Shown here: piece after piece, positions 25,901-38,499 of the stretch
Numbering within the stretch: position 1 is the stretch's first letter
Layout of the letters: each line of letters opens with the position of its first letter
DNA from: Rotaria socialis
Taxonomy: Eukaryota
Assembly (NCBI GenBank): GCA_905331295.1
Contig: CAJNYD010000360.1
Span: 124,001-162,586, forward strand
DNA: 38,586 bases
Direction of reading: 5' to 3'
Made by a program: the position numbers and the translations under genes
The notes under the pieces: model-generated
Databases searched by the model: none
Seen by the model: only the letters and a program-made list of their open reading frames with translations
What the model was told of the DNA's origin: nothing

Positions 25901-26870
25901 TAGATGCAGTTTTTCATGCTGATTCTGAATGAGCTATTTGTTTCTCTACCAAAGTAAGCTATAATGATATAATCGCCTCGATACCAAGACTTAGATGCTT
26001 TTCACTGACGTGAGTGTGCCCATTATGGTCTGCACTAAATGCTCGTCTGAATCTTGGTGATTTTTCAGTGACATATCAAAAGATGCAGAATTTCAAGCGC
26101 TAGCAGAGTGCATAGCTGCTTTTGTATTTACCTAACTAGAAAATAAAAAAAGAACAAAAGTTAGTTTTAGAGAAATGTGAGGACTATGATGCCTTTATTG
26201 TGCATTATTTTTTTCTCATCCAATACGTGCTCTTCAAGAGGTTCTTCTATACAATAGTAGAGAATTGCACGCGCTATCAGAATATGTCCCAATATTAGAA
26301 TAAATAAAAATAATATATGAAAAATAAACGAGCACAAGTGTTTTTTTCAAATGAATTTTTCTTGAAAATATCATGATCTGATTGAAAAACTTTTCGCTAC
26401 TGGCAATCAAAATAACAAAGTTTTGAGCACACCATTCGATGCAGTTTGATCTGCTCTTTCATATGAGACTATGTTTGAATTTACCCACATCACTGATGTG
26501 ACCAATCGGCCCTATACACTGGCACCATATTTGCTGAGCCAGATTAATCGCACAGAGAAATTTTTTCAAACATAAGATACTTTCAATGCTATGAAACGAT
26601 AGCCCATTGACTATACTATTAACGATGAGAAAAATTTTGTTGCAGCTCTTATCATTCTTGAGAAAATGAAAATTTACTGAAAATTGTCGAGGTACAAAAA
26701 ATCCGATCCCGTCTTACTTCGAGTGCATATGTCCCCAGAATGGATGATCCGTTCGAGCTGAAATTTTCGATTTCTTCCTAACTTTGTTGGAGCTACCTAC
26801 TGTAAAAGTATGAGCCAAATCGGTGAGATCGATTGAGCAAGGTTGGTCGTGGCTTATGTGCAATGCCTCC
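22963..26870. mobile_element. 3.9-kb non-coding foldback-type element with about 870-bp TIRs and nested internal inverted repeats
   Basis: GGAGGCATTG...CAATGCCTCC termini, each flanked by TA. The arms 22963-~24009 (interrupted by a hairpin at 23817-24000) and ~26000-26870 are near-identical reverse complements. Inner IR pairs: ~24005-24210 / ~25180-25390 and ~25398-25515 / ~25860-25979. The ORF track shows no ORF inside. Confidence 0.92.
23817..24000. repeat. 184-bp hairpin MITE inside the left TIR of the foldback element
   Basis: Arms of about 80 bp (CGAGGGAAC...CAAGTGATTCGCACCATTTGGGTTCAT...CCCAGTGAGACTAGAAAAG vs CTTTTCTAGTCTCACTGGG...ATGAACCCAAATGGTGCGAATCACTTG...GTCCCTTG) around a loop of about 25 bp. 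Absent from the right TIR. Confidence 0.85.
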
Positions 26871-28159
26871 TAGAGCTTAGCGAAAGTAAAAGCTATATAT
26901 ATATTAGTTTCAAACTTTCGTCCTAAAATCAGCTGCCATATTAAGCTAGTGTTGTTTTTGGATTCATGTATCAACAATGGTGTCATCAATAACATGCAGT
27001 AAGATAATGTTAAAAGCCATAATCCATGAAGGGATTAGATGAGAAACGTTTCATGTTGTGCGCCGATTAACAATTGTATTTACAGCATCCACAATAGTTT
27101 GTAAAGTATTTTTCCCTTTTAAAAATACAAAGCGCAATCATAAAATAACATGTTCTTTTCACAACCTAAGATTTTTAATACTACCCATCTTGTGACGTAT
27201 TTTAGTTTTTTCTCGCTAAAAGATACCAAGGTATGAAGTGATAAGATAACAGCAACGGACTGTTTTTGTAATAAATACTTATCTCATTCACTCTGTATGC
27301 CGTCGTTTATCTCATGGTTTTAATAAAAGAAATATTAAGTGATGAAAAATGAAATGGTAAATACCCATATTCATCGTGTTCTGTGAAAGGAAATTCGCAT
27401 GGAAATAGAAAACTCTGCATTCAAGTTATATAGGTACACAAGCAGTTGAGCTTTGGATACTCAATGAAGTAAAAAATAAATACTTCGTTTCTATTTGAAG
27501 TTTTATTCTTTTGTTGAATACTTGAACGAACAACAAGTTAAATATAATATGATGAGAAAATAAAATTTAAAAACAAAATATCATGCTAGAAATCCTAATT
27601 GAAAAACGACATGTATGTGTAAATAACACTACTAGTAAAAGAGATGAAGTTCTGACAATCTAACACTATTATTGAAAAATTAAAGGTTGTGCCTAAAATA
27701 ACGCTATCCTTGATGCAAATGAATAGATGTCTAAAAGCTAAATACTGTAATTTGACAAAACTGATATCTCAGTATGCTTGTAAGAGTTAATATCAACACG
27801 GTCAATATTTATTACACATTGCTGCGCGAATGTGTGTTAGTATTGCACCAGGGCTACATTGGAACAGGGTTGCTAAATCCAAAATTTTAAAAACAGAAAT
27901 TTCTCATAAAACAGCAGGAGTTGACTCAGAGATTCTTCTTGAATTAGAAAACAATATTAGCTGACTTATTTAGAAGAAATTTGAAATTTTCAGGTTCATA
28001 CATGCTTGGTTAGTATTTTTCGCTGTCACTATGGGTATGATCAAAGTTTTCTCTCGTATACTATATAATAAAAAATGAAGATCGTTACATATGTTCTATG
28101 TTATTATTTATTTCAAAAATTGCCATAAAATATTAAAATAGTAAACAAAATAAAGCTCA

Positions 28160-28374
28160 CCTAGAAATCGATTTGAACCAAAAAACGTCATAGATGAACA
28201 ATAAATTACCAGTGGTGCTGTTCGTGCTATTTTTGTAATATAATTGTATTGATCAAACGATCGAATGTGTTTCAATAGATCCTGATTATTTAAAACGTAA
28301 CTATAAAACTCTATACAATTGTTTTGATTGTTCATCTTAAATTTTAATTCTGCACCAACAAGATCATTGTTCAT
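28160..28374 (-). CDS. Possible isolated or degenerate exon of an unknown gene
   Basis: Protein-like ORF ending at a GTGAG donor (…NRFL|G). No consistent downstream exon could be built. Confidence 0.2.
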
Positions 28375-29957
28375 ATTATTTCGATGATTATTTCATTAAA
28401 GTTGTATGCAGCTGAAAGTGAATTCAGAAGAATTATTTGGAACTGGTATATTAAAAAGTAAAATTCACTACTTCTTGTAAATTCGATGCATTTTCAGCAT
28501 GGACTAGCAAAATAGAAGGAAAATGATTTTCAGAGTCTTGTCAAGGTTGTGGCACAGTGTTCTCCTGTAATGAATTTAGTACTTTATCAATTTCATCTTG
28601 TTGAATGAAAAACATCTGATAAATACTAAATGATGCTTTCGTTTTTATCTGCAAAATTCAAGTTTTTCACATGAAATTTGTTTATCCGAGCCATACTCTT
28701 AATTTAAGAGATATCAACGAAATAGTATAGTTTCTTCTTGGTTATTGTACTTGCATTTTCAATGAATCAGATGGAACACATTGTAAATCACTGTTTAAGA
28801 TGAAAAAGAACTATTCTTTTCCTTAGTGCCGAACCAGTTTAACATGATGACAATTTGTAGCGAAAATTTACTGATAATCGCATTACAAAATTATAAGAAC
28901 GACTATTAGAATCAGTTTATTGATTGTGTCCAGTTATGGATGTAACTGTTTTATTTAGTTATTTTCGATTAAATAAAAGAAAGGATGTATGCATCTCTCA
29001 GAATCACACTAAAAATTCACTTCATTTTTTCCAAATTAAAGAAAAATCTGAGGAAGTAGGCAAAATGCATTCGTGTCACCAATTTACCCCAACATTTGAC
29101 AGTACTTGATATTAAAACATGTAGTCTTAGTATGTTTTACTGATGTTTCTGGTTGCTTAATATTTTAACTTTATTTAAGAATTGTATGTCGATCGACCAA
29201 CAAAATCGAGTCAATATCACAAGTTAGTAGTTTTATTTGTGAGCATATTAGTGTACTTATTGATTATTACATCTTGAAAAAATGTACTTTTTTTCGACTG
29301 GTAAAGCAAGCAACAAATCATCAAGAACAAACCGAGTAGATTAAATGAAAGTTTTCTATTAAAAAGAATTCATCGACGTTTTTCGACTGTTGATTCTTAA
29401 TGAGAAAAGTCTTTATTTTATGAATGAATTTTATATTTTTTCACTGGTATTTGAAAGAAAGAAAATATCACCAAAAATCTTTTAGAGTTGTTGAGAAATA
29501 TAAAAATAAGTTCTCTTGAATATTTCCAACAATCAAATTGCACTTCAATCATGAAAAAAGTAATTTGAATGAATAAACAATAAGATCATGCTACAGCATG
29601 AAAAATAATTTTTCTTCAAGAACTATATTGATGTTAGGAGATGAATATTAGTAATACGTTATTAGTTTTCTATTCATTATTTATTTAGTGTATTTAATGT
29701 TAACATTGTAATCATCATTTCTCATTGTTGGAAAAAGAGCGATTTTTCCATGCTTAAAAATGAACTAGACCAGTGTTTCTTGTCAAAATTAATGTCCTGT
29801 CTTTGAAGCTTAGAAAGTCTTATCTTCAAATATGTTTCATTCTTTGTGAAAATACCTAAAAAGAAATAATACATAGTATCGAAGTGTCAAAGTAAACTTG
29901 AATTGCTACAAATAGTTTCTGTTGTTTGTTTTCGAGTCAAATAATCTGAAGGAGATT

Positions 29958-30916
29958 ATGTCTGTTGTTATTTGATCTAATAGGTAATTCAAATATTAGT
30001 GAGATATTATTGATATAATTATATGTTTACGCAGATACACATTCGTATGCATTCGGAAATATAAAATACTTCATCGATACAGCCATGCAAGAAGGAGGTC
30101 GTGTTGATTATTACTTTACTTTACAACAAGTTAATAATCAACCAATCAATGAAAGTAAAATGACTTTATTAAAAGCTTGTGATGCACATTATATTCAGCA
30201 TGAAAATAAATGCGTTGATATCGGTACTGTTGGATGGTTCTTCAATCAATATACAGTTGAAAATCCTTGAGAAAGTCGATGGCCAATAACTAGCAGTAAT
30301 AACAAAGGAAAAATCAATTTAAAACGATATAAATATTTTATTTTTCTGAATTCATCAATATGCAGTCCTTTTTTTCCTCCTTATTTTATTGAATTAGTAT
30401 TACAGTCGAACAATAATTACTATTGGTATTCGATATTTACAAATCGTACTGATAGTAAAATAAAACTAGTCGGATGTACAATAACTTGTGAAACAGTTCC
30501 ACACGTTCAAAGTTATTTATTAGTTACTGATTTCATTGGCTTATCATTATTATTAAAACCCGGCAGTTGGGGTGCAAGAAGGAACACTTGTTTGTTATCC
30601 AACTAAAGATCATGTCTCGATCTATCGTGAATTACCATCATCAAATCGAATATTAAAATCGGGTTATATGATTGATTCCCTTTTAACAACATATCAGAAA
30701 ATAAATTTCGCTGATCGACGTAATTGGTTTTGTAATTCAAATAAAAATCCATATAAAGGCAACGCTTTCGAAGTTACATAATTGGAGCCATATGAAGCTG
30801 TTTTGGTTAAATATAATGATTTGGGATTTTTAAAAGATGCTAGAGATAAAGCCGAACTATGTCAGAAATGGATCAATGATATCAAACAAACAAAAAAAAG
30901 AATTTTAAACAATTAG
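29958..30916 (+). pseudogene. Pseudogene of an RgpF-like (rhamnan synthesis F-like) putative glycosyltransferase of algal/protist/bacterial type
   Basis: Conceptual translation includes HENKCVDIGTVGW, YKYFIFLNSSICSPFFPPY, IKLVGCTITC, PHVQSYLLVTDFIGL, ILKSGYMIDSLL, NWFCN, PYEAVLVK. Disruptions: TGA at 30268-30270, +1 frameshift at GGGG ~30569-30572, TAA at 30779-30781. A GT-AG intron at ~29984-30034. The family assignment comes from motif recall, not from a search. Confidence 0.7.
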
Positions 30917-32366
30917 CGAATTTCGCTTTGATCAATTTTTATTTTAGTTATAGAATCATAAATTAATAATGATTTTTATTCAAGTTTGATAATAATTGTA
31001 ATAAGTTGGTTACTTTTTCAATAGAGAAAATCAAATAGAATTTCCTACGATACTAACCAATAAGTGATGTTATAGAATGATACTGAAAAGAATATTCATT
31101 TCACTTTGATTTTCTACTCGGTTGTTCGCTGAATTTTGAATTTGTATTTTAACATTTACTTTCCTCTCTTGAGAAGAGTAGTTACAGTTACAGTTATACT
31201 GAAGTAGGAGATATAAATGAAAAAAAATCGACTCCAGGAGCTTACTTCAGTATCATATAAGAATCAAAATCGTATAATCGAGCTCCGTATTAGTAGGTCA
31301 AATCTGTTTTTTCACTTACTGAAAAAAGAACTTGAGTTTTACAATTCTACTTGACTCTTTCTTCTCTAATATTTATCTCCTGGTATTGGAAAAATACCAA
31401 AAAAAAGAAGTAACATAGCCATTCAATATCTACAGAAGGCATCGAAGAAAAGAACTTAGAAATACGGGGAAAACTATTTTAATAAACTTTCTCTCAATAG
31501 ACTTGAATTATGTAGTATTTTGAAGTTTTTTCAATGCTTTCAGTGTATCGAAACATGTCATAAATCACTTTTTATTTAACAGCCATGTTGATATTCAACT
31601 GAATAACGATAAAGTCTTTGTTCATGTTGCTCTTTATAGTGTTATTTACGATCAAAAACTAGCGGTGATAATATTTTTTGATTAGACAATATTCATTTTA
31701 AAAAAAAACCGCACGTTAACTAATTTTACAGAAACAAATACTGGATAGTAACTGAATAAATTCAATTGCTATTGAACACATGTTAGTGGACAGGCGGTGA
31801 AACGTACAAGTGTTTGTCGTTGAAAGTATCACGATTTAGTCATAACATTTGATATAACTATTCATGAACGGAATCGTGGTATAGTGGCTGATAGGAAAGT
31901 AGATGACTGTGAAAGCTTTACTAGTTACAAATAAACCTATTGCGATGGTTTGTATGTGTGTAATGTTGCTTATCATTTTACCAACAACGATTTTAATCAC
32001 GTGCGTATACACCCTCGTGTGCGTCTTGTCCCAAGAGTTATCTCACACTGTTATATCAAAATAGTTAGTTCTCTTTTTCTTCGTAATTATATATAAACAT
32101 GAGATCGAACTAAATTTCACATAGGAACATTTTCGACAGCGTGATTAATTAATTTAATGTATTATGTTAAAATAAGATAAATCATGAGTTCAAAAGTTAA
32201 GTGAATGTTGTTCGCCTATCAATATATGTACAATTTCTGCAAAATAAAACGATGAACAGCGACATTGAAATTGATTGTAACGATGCATGCTTTTTCTCTT
32301 ACTTTTTTTTCATCTTTTCTAGCAAGTAGCATAGAAGAAACTTGCATCACAAGTAACAATACTTGA

Positions 32367-35233
32367 TTAACCCGACCCATAGTAGCCCGAGCTCGGATTG
32401 TTTGGAGGAAAGCCGCTAAAGTTTGCAGCACTTCCTGCATAGTTACCTACTCGAATGATATAACTGGCTGTTTTCTTTTTAATTAAATAGTAAGATATTT
32501 ACCAGGATATTGATTTCCAAACGTATCACCTCGAAAATTAGCATCTAAACAACGAAATTCTTTATGTGTTCAAAATGTTATCTTTTTTACCAGTATAAGG
32601 TTGACCATATTGGGTGTTACTCCACTGGAGCTGATTTTGTGGATTTATTTGATTATTGTTCCACGTCTCCTGGCCAAATGCATTGTTAACCGAGTTGGTT
32701 TGATTCATATTACTATTATTCCAATGTTGTTGATCGGGTGCCCCTAATTGATAATTGTTGTGACTCACTTGCTGAAACTGGTTGGGTTGCCAACTTTGTT
32801 GGTTTACTTGATCATACTGCCCTCCAGTGAATTGACTGTTATTGGAATTATACTGTTGATTGAACTGATTCTGATCCCACAGTTGCGCAAGTGTATTGTT
32901 TTCGCCATAGTTCTGATGAGCAGAATTATTATCCCATGATTGTTGACTTGGCTGATTAAGTTGGTTAACATTCCAATTTTGCTGACTGTACTGATTGTTT
33001 ACCCAGTTTTTCTGATCAAGCTGATTAGCACCTGAATTTAACTGACAGCACGAATTATCACCAAGATTTGATTGAAACCCTGAGAAAACTTACACAAAAG
33101 AAGATCTCTCATAATAGACAAGTTTAGAAAAACTATTCGTTTTCGAATATTATCCTGGTTCCAAAATCATGAGAATGAACTAACCTCCTCCAGGATATTG
33201 CTGTTGATAATTATCATAAGGATTATTTGTGTTCATCGAATAGCTATTTCCTGTGAACAAAGAATCTATGAAAATTCTATACACTCTGTAAAAGTCAGGT
33301 TCGTACCAGATGCATTTGTAGCAGCGTTATTGTCATCTTCGTTTACATCCTGTATTTCTACATTATTGTCAGTATCATCATAACCATTATTGTACGTAAG
33401 AATATTCTGATAGTTGACTGTATCATTCCTATCCCAATATTCTTCACCGAAGTTAGCGTTAGCCAATTTTCGAATTGCCCACACATCAAAACAATGTTCT
33501 GGATCTGTCATATATTCATATGGAATATAACAGTATCCATTTTCACCCTAAAAATACCATACAAAGAAAAACGATTGTTTACCCTAAGAACCAATTAGAT
33601 GAAACATCGAATTTTTATCTAGATACTTCTATTAATTTAATTAACATTGACTAGCTTCATTTTAAAGCTCTAATCCTAAATTAGAAGATCTTCGAATGAA
33701 CTCATAATATTGCTCAATATTAAAATTTAAATGTGGACTTTCTTCAAAGGCATTAATAGAGCGACCAAAAATTAATAAACTAATGAAATGCGAAATTTCA
33801 TTCTTTTAAGATTGGAAACATACCCTCTAATCTAGTCTTATGGATTTCTAGAGAAATTCTACGCAAATGTTACTTTTTAAATCTCGATTTAAATACTGTT
33901 GGAATCTTCTCAGTCTCATATGACAATTATTTTATTATTGACGCAAATCTTATGTAAATCGGTGGTTTCCAGTTCAGAGGGTATTGAAATGTTTGAACTA
34001 AATATTTTTTCATCAAAAGTACATCTGGAAGTTCCAACTGAAGAAATTCGTGCAAAATCACGTCACTGTCCTAATACACTTATTCCTTCGATGATTGCAA
34101 TATAATCTTCTATATGACCCAGAAATATGTACACTAATAATCGAAAACATATATTACTCATCAAAAAGAGATTTGAATTGATAAAACTTCAAAAATTATT
34201 TTAATCTCAGCTGATGTAGTCATAAGATTATATGGAAAATAATTTTCTCGTCACTTCTTTGAATCCTTAATAACACAAGTTATACTACATAAATATCCAA
34301 GTAAATCAACTCTATGCTTACCCATTTTTCTCCCCATGAATTTCGAACAATAAAAACTTTCGATCGATCGCTGTAGCCAACTGCCAAAAGCGCATGACTA
34401 AAAAGTGTTCAGACAAGAAAAATATTATGATCAACTTTTTCTTATGCATATGAAAACGACTACCAGCCGTGTGTCTTTCGATTTTTCGCCGATGCATCAG
34501 GCATCGGTACTAAACCTGTTTCCGTTGCCTTATCAAATGATGAATAGAGTCTTAAACCAAATGCAAATGGATATCCTTGTGCCAAGCATGATTTCATTTC
34601 AAATAAATTAATATCAACTTCGAATGCTTCTGAAATCGTATGATTTTTGGCTTCTTGATAGGCCTGATCATTCGGACGAGTATTCACTTTTGAAACATTG
34701 TATGCCCAGATAGATTCGAGGCAAGTACCGAATTCTTCGAGTGCCTCAATAGCACTGGTCATGGAACAACCAGAATCAGTGACAGAACCAAACTTTTTGT
34801 TTTTTGCTCGAGCATTATAATAAATAAATAATCGGCTGACATCAGTATTTCGTCCATTATCTTTTTTTGTCAAATATTCATATGCTCCTAGATTTACACA
34901 AATGGCAAAGTTCAATGAAAAACCGTGCATCTTTATTCTCACCTGCTAGAGCATTAGCCGCACTGAAAACAAAACAGCATAAAAATAAATATACGTAGAT
35001 TGAATATATTATCGAAATAGTTACCAACTGCCGATTTTCGATTGGTCTTCGACTGTAGTCATGTCTTTTCGAAGATCAACCTTAGGAGGAAGTTCTTTTT
35101 GAGTGTAAACTATATTATCACGAAAGGCTCGGCATAGGTTACGCTTGCTTGGTAAACGATTCGATGGTATAATACCGTTTAAACGATGCTTTTGAGCATT
35201 GATTTTGTTGATCAAATAAGTTTTTATTGTCAT
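32367..35233 (-). CDS. Papain-family (C1A, bacterial xylellain-like) cysteine protease with a C-terminal Q/N-rich prion-like domain, 548 aa, 9 exons
   Basis: Exons 35233-35025, 34962-34943, 34887-34464, 34397-34322, 33547-33307, 33250-33185, 33079-32591, 32544-32503, 32446-32367 (1647 nt, all GT-AG, phase-consistent). Motifs: LPPKVDLR, DQSKIGSCAANA (oxyanion Q, catalytic C), SRLFIYYNAR, GCHALLAVGY (catalytic H), FIVRNSWG (N), WGENGY. No signal peptide or I29 prodomain is evident. Confidence 0.93.
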
Positions 35234-36443
35234 TATTTAGGATAAATACAATGGTGCTGTTTTATAAACTCAATGAAATTCGTGTCGTCCTTTGTTCTTT
35301 TATAATATGCATTACTCAGATTTTATTGTTGGAAATTTAATTTTTGCCCTTTCTGCCTGCGTATTCTTTTTTATCGGCACATGCTGTTTGTTATTGTTTT
35401 TATACAACAAAATAAAGAGAAATTTGTGCTGAATCATTCCAACCTTTCTTCTGTTACTGCCTCTCGCCGTTCTCTCTGTTGCATGTTCCCAGTAACTAAG
35501 CACCAATAAACATAAGAATAGAACAGGCTACGAAAAAGACGTAAAATATGGATAATGAAGCCCTTGGAGGAAAAACAAAATTTAACCTATCAAGCAACTG
35601 TACCGGAGAGTCGCTAGTCGAAGTTACATTTTTGTCAAATATACTGTTGCAAGCTAAGAGTAAATCCATGATAAGATTCTATAATTCAACTAATTATCAC
35701 ATAGTGTGAAAAAGTTAAATAATCGAAGTTAAATGTCCTCTTGATATTACTAAGCCATGAATTTGAAAATGTGCTACGTTCACTAAGACCATTACGAAAA
35801 AACAATTTGAATACTATTCGATTTCATTTGCATTTTTATATTTCACAAAGTAGATTTAGTCATACTGCGGAGCTATTCGAAGTTTTTTGCTTCTGCACAT
35901 AGATTGGTTGCGATGTATGATCATTAGTGAAGCAAGTCTACCGCTGCTCACTTAACATACATGCTCGTTCAATGGAGAGAAAAAAGCTACTAAAGAATCG
36001 TGAATAAACTTTAATGCATTAGTTATCGATTTTTCATTGTTCTTTTTTCCATTTGTATGTGTGTCGTGTGATTATTTTCTCATTAGTGATGCAACATTAT
36101 AGACCAAGTTACATATTTTCTCATCATTATTTTTGTGGTCGAGTCGAAAATATACTTGATAAATAAGTTTCCGCTTTCAACTTATCTCGAAACTCACACA
36201 GAAACCGTCTAACTGCTACTATTTCATGGTTCTCAAGACAAGCGTATACTGTTTGTACATTAGTTAACAGTGAACTAGACTTTTGAATTCCCTGGGACTC
36301 GTCATATGTACTCATTGGTTTCAAGAAAAAATTGAAACAAATGACAAAAACAAAACATATCGTTATGAACTTTTTCGTTTATTGCATTGCAGGTACACAC
36401 TGTTGGAAAGTGCCATATTATTATTTTTGACTATTATTCATAC

Positions 36444-37147
36444 CTTATTCGGATCAATTATATGCGAGGCAATATTTTGTTGTTTATTTACGATCTTAAA
36501 TTCTTTGTCGATCTCTGATAAACCAATAAAAGACAAAAACGATGATGCAAAACTTGTAAAATCTTGCTAATAATGAACGATAATATCAATGATCTGTTCA
36601 CCAAATGATGGATCATGAAACGTTTGTCGTAAGATTATGGCGACCCAAGGCATCCAAATTATTAAAGTCATCAAACTCATTGCTAACAATTGTACAATCA
36701 TTCTACTATTTTTTTTCTATTTTTTCGATACCGATATCGATGCTGATACTTGTTGTTGACATACAATAATATGGCTAATCATAAGTAAATTGAAAATCAA
36801 TAGAATGCAACATGGTAACAGTAGATTAACAATGATATCATAAGTCTTTTGAGTAAAAGTATATAAATAATATGCAACTCCACGAACAAATGTACTTCAG
36901 TCATACGCATGATTCGGTTTGCATGGAAAAAATAGAACAAGATACGTGTACACACCAAAAACATAAAAAATAAGGAATTCCAATAGGATATAGTGAGATA
37001 ATAGCTTATATTTCATAATATACTGTTTATGAAATACTAAGAAGTATCGTTCAATAGATGCATACATAGTTAGAAATAAAGATGTACCTTCAAGAATATA
37101 ATCCGAAAAAGTCCAAAATAGGCATGTATTTGTTGTCGGTGCATAAC
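36444..37147 (-). pseudogene. Rhodopsin-like (class A) GPCR pseudogene, TM3-TM7
   Basis: Single frame CLFWTFSDY...MYASIERYFLVFH...LFFPC...LLLPCCILLIFN...*KKNSRMIVQLL...IIWMPW...SFLSFIGLSEI, with in-frame stops at 36897-36899, 36717-36719 and 36567-36569. Confidence 0.8.
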
Positions 37148-38499
37148 CTAATGAAAGATAGTATAATGAAAATTTTAATTATGCACTCTGTTAGACTAGT
37201 TTTATTAGATGTGTCTTCCGATAAAATTCAATTATTCATAATTATTTCAACAAAGCATAATATTCTGTTAATTGACAGTAATACTATTTTTTCTGTGATC
37301 GAGAAAATGAAGAAGCATCTGCAAGCTATTTTTAATAAGGCAATAAAACTCTTTTTTGTCTATTCTTTATATGAACTATGATGACAAAGGTGAACTCGGT
37401 ATAGAATAATCTGCCAACAACATGCATGTCTTACTCTGTTAGTTGCAATAATAGGTTTCTGAAAAAACAGCAAGGAAAACGTATTTTTCAAAACTTGAAA
37501 ATATCTACTTAGATGGCTACTTTCTTCCGATAGAACACGAGATAAAATATTTCTGAAGCTTTTTCTTATCAGTGAACTCATGTCATTTCTCTTTTAACAC
37601 AAGGAGAATTAATGTACAGTTTACAAATCATGAAGTAGAAAAACAAAAAGAGGAAAATAATGGGAAAGATACTAAAAAAGATTCCTGAACATCACTTTCT
37701 CATTTGATATGCAAACATTACAGGATATCAATATATTATTGTTGAAAAATATTTCATCAGCTTTCGAAATTAAATAGCCACAACGTTTCAAAATCACTAA
37801 ATATATTCCAAGAAAGTTAACAAAGTGCCTCAGAAAATTGGAATATTCTTTATGATTTTTTACTTGCTAACAACATTATATTCATTTGTTTATGAAATTT
37901 TCTTTCATTCTCTTATCAGCAAATAAAATCATTTATCAATTCCCAGTTACTTCAAATATAATAATAAATATCAATCTAATGATGAAATAGATCTTTTTGT
38001 TTTGGATACTTTTGCAATTCACCAAAATATTGTCATGTTTTTCACATAAAACTCATGAAAGTCAGGTCTTTTTTAAAGTTTCGGAAGTTAATTGAGGTAG
38101 GATGAGTAACGTTTTGACTCTATCCATAATAAAATAAATAAGTTCGAAAAGTTGAAATTGTTTGCATTCTCTATTATTAAGTAAAATCATCAAGTAATTC
38201 AGATGAAAATAGACTATCAGTATATTTTGTTGTCAGCTTAATTGATGTATTTTCATCATCACGTTTCTTTTCATCTGATTTTGTGTCATATTCGGATACA
38301 TAAATGGCGAGTATGCCGTCATGATTCTCATTTATAAAATGTTAAATGGAATCAAATTTTTGACAGTCAGTATTAGAATTGGAAAACCATTATATATATT
38401 AAAGTTGATTAGGCATATCAATTAAAAATATGACTTATACGAAAAACTCAGCACCGAACAGATAAGATATTTTTTATATACTACTTGATACATTGTGAC

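Noticed and set aside
31196..31253. 11-bp inverted repeat ATACTGAAGTA/TACTTCAGTAT
   Set aside because: Short, no TSD, and plausible by chance or as an unclassifiable relic.
32219..34611. ORFs 32219-32440, 32748-32939, 33198-33383, 33899-34105 and 34405-34611
   Set aside because: Alternate-frame, antisense or intronic shadows of the protease gene. The hydrophobic look of some comes from reading N/Q codons on the opposite strand.
30268..36899. Alternative genetic code or stop readthrough to explain in-frame stops in the glycosyltransferase and GPCR
   Set aside because: All three stop types plus a frameshift occur, and neighbouring intact genes use the standard code.
36127..37581. ORFs 36127-36324, 36283-36570, 37082-37381 and 37360-37581 as genes
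   Set aside because: No recognisable motifs; two of them overlap the GPCR pseudogene on the opposite strand.
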